NCBI GenBank assembly: GCA_903839975.1
Contig: CAIMEH010000027.1
Coordinates: 1-60,512, forward strand
From: an uncultured Candidatus Berkelbacteria bacterium
GTDB lineage: Bacteria; Patescibacteriota; UBA1384; 2-12-FULL-50-11
DNA: 60,512 nucleotides
Reading direction: 5' to 3'
The position numbers were made by a program, and so were the translations under genes. This document shows positions 58,093-60,512 of this stretch, in pieces. The notes under the pieces were generated by a model. It was not told where the DNA came from, did no database searches, and saw only the letters and a program-made list of their open reading frames with translations. The stretch's first letter is position 1. Each line of letters opens with the position of its first letter.

Positions 58093-59430
58093 ATGCCGTT
58101 TGAAATATACAATACTTTATCGAGCAAAAAAGAAGAGTTTAAAAGCATAGAACCGAATAAAGTCGGGATGTATGTTTGTGGCCCGACAGTTTACGATTAC
58201 GACCATGTCGGCCACGCTAGAACTTATCTCAGTTTCGACCTATTGAACCGCTTTTTACGGTTTCTAGACTACCAGGTTAAGTATATCCAGAACATAACCG
58301 ATGTCGGCCACTTGGCTAATGACGCCGAAGTAGGAACAGATAAGATTCAACAAAAGGCCCAGGATTCTGGCCAGTCTGTCAAGCAGGTTATTGAGCATTA
58401 TACCGAGGCACATCTGAAGGATATGGAAGCTTTGAATATTATCATGCCAGATAACTTCCCGAAAGCCTCAGAGCATATTGCCGATATTATCGAGTTTATT
58501 AAGGGTCTAACAGAGAAGAATATGGCATATGTTACTAGCCAGAATAACGTCTATTTCTCGGTTTCTAAGGATATGGATTACGGTAAATTAAGTCATCGTA
58601 ACCTAGCAGAGATAATCACTGGTACAAGGGTAGACTCCGCCGCCGATAAGCGTTCGCCGGCCGATTTTGCCCTGTGGAAATCCTCACCAGTTACAGTTAG
58701 CGACTACACCTGGGAATCTCCTTGGGGTAGAGGCTATCCTGGGTGGCATATAGAGTGTTCGGCAATGAGCCGTAAATACCTAGGTGATACCTTTGATATT
58801 CATGGTTCGGCCATTGAACATGTTTTCCCGCATCACGAGAATGAGATTGCTCAAAGTGAGAGTTTAACAGGTGTAGAGATGGCACATTACTGGGTACATT
58901 CAGGAATGCTTACAACTCATGGACAGAAGATGAGTAAATCATTTCACAACCAAGTTACAGTTCAAGATGCCTTAAAAACATATACTAATAACGAGTTACG
59001 TTTAGCTTTTTATCAAACCCATTACAGAAAGCCATTTGATTACACGAAAGAGTCACTTGAACAGGGTGTTTCACTCCGTCACAAGCTATTTTCAGGTAAC
59101 GACTTACTACCAGAAAAGACCGACCAACAGGTTTGGCAGGGGATTATCGACGCCTTAAACGACGATCTTGATACCAGTAAAGCCCTCCAGCTATGGGGCG
59201 AGAATGCTAAACTTGTTTCCAGAGAAGATACTGGCAAACTATTTGAGATATTCGGACTGGTTTACAAACCTATTACAGAGAACGAAAAAGCTTCCGAACT
59301 TGCCAAGGATCGTGATGCCGCCCGTGCGTCGCAAGACTTCTTAACCGCAGATAATCGAAAAGCCGAGTTGATACAAATGGGCTACGAAGTTTTGGATACG
59401 CCAAACGGCACTGTTTACGTTCCACGCTAA
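58093..59430 (+). CDS. cysS: Cysteine--tRNA ligase
   Basis: CGPTVY, HVGH, GWHIECS, FPHHENE, KMSKS. Confidence 0.96.
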   Translation: MPFEIYNTLSSKKEEFKSIEPNKVGMYVCGPTVYDYDHVGHARTYLSFDLLNRFLRFLDYQVKYIQNITDVGHLANDAEVGTDKIQQKAQDSGQSVKQVIEHYTEAHLKDMEALNIIMPDNFPKASEHIADIIEFIKGLTEKNMAYVTSQNNVYFSVSKDMDYGKLSHRNLAEIITGTRVDSAADKRSPADFALWKSSPVTVSDYTWESPWGRGYPGWHIECSAMSRKYLGDTFDIHGSAIEHVFPHHENEIAQSESLTGVEMAHYWVHSGMLTTHGQKMSKSFHNQVTVQDALKTYTNNELRLAFYQTHYRKPFDYTKESLEQGVSLRHKLFSGNDLLPEKTDQQVWQGIIDALNDDLDTSKALQLWGENAKLVSREDTGKLFEIFGLVYKPITENEKASELAKDRDAARASQDFLTADNRKAELIQMGYEVLDTPNGTVYVPR

Positions 59431-59454
59431 ACCCAAAAATACGTGCTCAATTCC

Positions 59455-59483
59455 TTGACTTTTTGAATGGCATATGCTATTAT
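59455..59483 (+). promoter_or_regulatory. Sigma70-type promoter with extended -10
   Basis: TTGACT-17-TATTAT preceded by TG. Confidence 0.7.
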
Positions 59484-59489
59484 CCAACA

Positions 59490-60512
59490 GCACCGTAAAA
59501 ACGTGCCGCGACTATGAGGGTAGTTGCCTAAAGAGCGCCCCCCGAAAGTAGTTAACTTTAACATCAGAGCCCGTCACACAACTGTTCCGCATTTCTACGC
59601 GACAAGCTTTGACATAAAAATAAAGACCACATTATATATTCATCGGCATTGCCGTATTTGTCTTTGTATTTTTATCCTCATTGCTTACTAGTTCGATTTT
59701 CGAAACAGTTTCGTGCCGGGCTCAATCTTCACTGCTCACAAATAATTGTGATAAGTGAAGATGACAGAAGCAAAGATGCTTGTGTCATTCTAAAATTCGC
59801 CAAAACGACTTCATGAACGTAACGGAGGACTGTAATGTTATAACTTTGAAGCCCCACCCTGCCTGTCCGGCTCTGCCGGACAGGAGCTCCTCATTGCTCA
59901 CGAACGCACTTTTAATACTGCGCCTTTACGGCGCGGAAAAATTTTCGTGAGCAGCGAGGAGTGACATTAGGAGGAGCTCATGCTAATTTTGCTAATTAAG
60001 GATCTTTCCCCGACAGGGGAGATGATTGTCATAGTCGGATCCGTAATTATTGTAATGTTCCTAACAAGGAACCTCGACAAGAAACGTAAGTAGTATCGTC
60101 CGGCCAAGTGTGCACCTAGACATTTGGCCAATTCCTTATTGTTCATGAAGAAATTCGTGAGCAGAGAGGAGTAGAATCCAGTTTGCCAAAATAGGAGGGA
60201 AAAATTGGTAAATATGTATGAGTTGGTTTTGGCCAGCGTTCGTGCTGGTCAATAATCCTTTGTCTCCGGTAAAGAGACAAAGGTTTCGGCTTCTTTTGTG
60301 AAGCCTAAGTACGAAAAAGCCTCGTGGCGGGAACTAAATTTCCGCAACGACGGAGATCGCCAGATCCTCAGGAGTCGGGCGATTCGTGTTGCTCGTCGCA
60401 AGCGCGAGCTTGCGTTCTAATCTATTTGGTCAGTCATGCGCATATATTGTCTGCGTGGCTGACCAGTCCAAACAGACTCATTTCTAACGAGGAGTGACTC
60501 TGAAGGATTTAA
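59490..60512 (+). ncRNA. Long, densely structured RNA region with repeated hairpin and small ORFs (runs off window)
   Basis: More than 12 stem-loops, long-range helix 59567/59723, four copies of a TCCTCATTGCTCACGAA-like arm, no ORF of 60 aa or more. Confidence 0.6.
59980..60093 (+). CDS. Putative 37-aa hydrophobic peptide with basic C-terminus
   Basis: AGGAGG SD; MLILLIKDLSPTGEMIVIVGSVIIVMFLTRNLDKKRK. Confidence 0.55.
   Translation: MLILLIKDLSPTGEMIVIVGSVIIVMFLTRNLDKKRK

Noticed and set aside
59633-59758. Hydrophobic frame YIFIGIAVFVFVFLSSLL...
   Set aside because: In-frame TAA at 59621 and no canonical start or SD before the hydrophobic stretch; probably a by-product of a T-rich stem
59675-60171. 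Repeated 17-nt arm as a CRISPR array
   Set aside because: Irregular spacing (51, 162, 245 nt), degenerate copies, and no cas genes in the window

Overview
Chromosomal segment of a reduced-genome bacterium, most likely Patescibacteria/CPR. That is an inference from the intron-containing 23S rRNA, alpha2 GlyRS, a monoderm-type pilus locus with no secretin in the window, rplK not followed by rplA, and standard code 11. Contents in order: 3' end of 23S rRNA with a group I intron encoding a LAGLIDADG endonuclease, 5S rRNA, recO/alr/glyQS, dcw cluster, recJ, radA, class A PBP, tyrS, argS, five intact tRNAs, rpmB/rpmG, a type IV pilus locus, rnhA, rodA, rplU-secE-nusG-rplK, dprA-topA, recR and cysS. 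Most proteins are housekeeping; the unusual signal is non-coding. (1) Nested RNA genes: the intact 5S rRNA and tRNA-Trp, and probably tRNA-Pro, each sit in the middle of an interrupted second copy of the same gene and are flanked by inverted repeats. The outer copies also carry short hairpin inserts, two of them homologous. (2) Three families of small dispersed repeats. (3) Several promoter-driven, highly structured ncRNA candidates, including a >1 kb hairpin/small-ORF array at the right edge. (4) Alr and MurB homologues that appear to lack catalytic residues. All calls come from reading the sequence by eye; no searches or folding programs were run.
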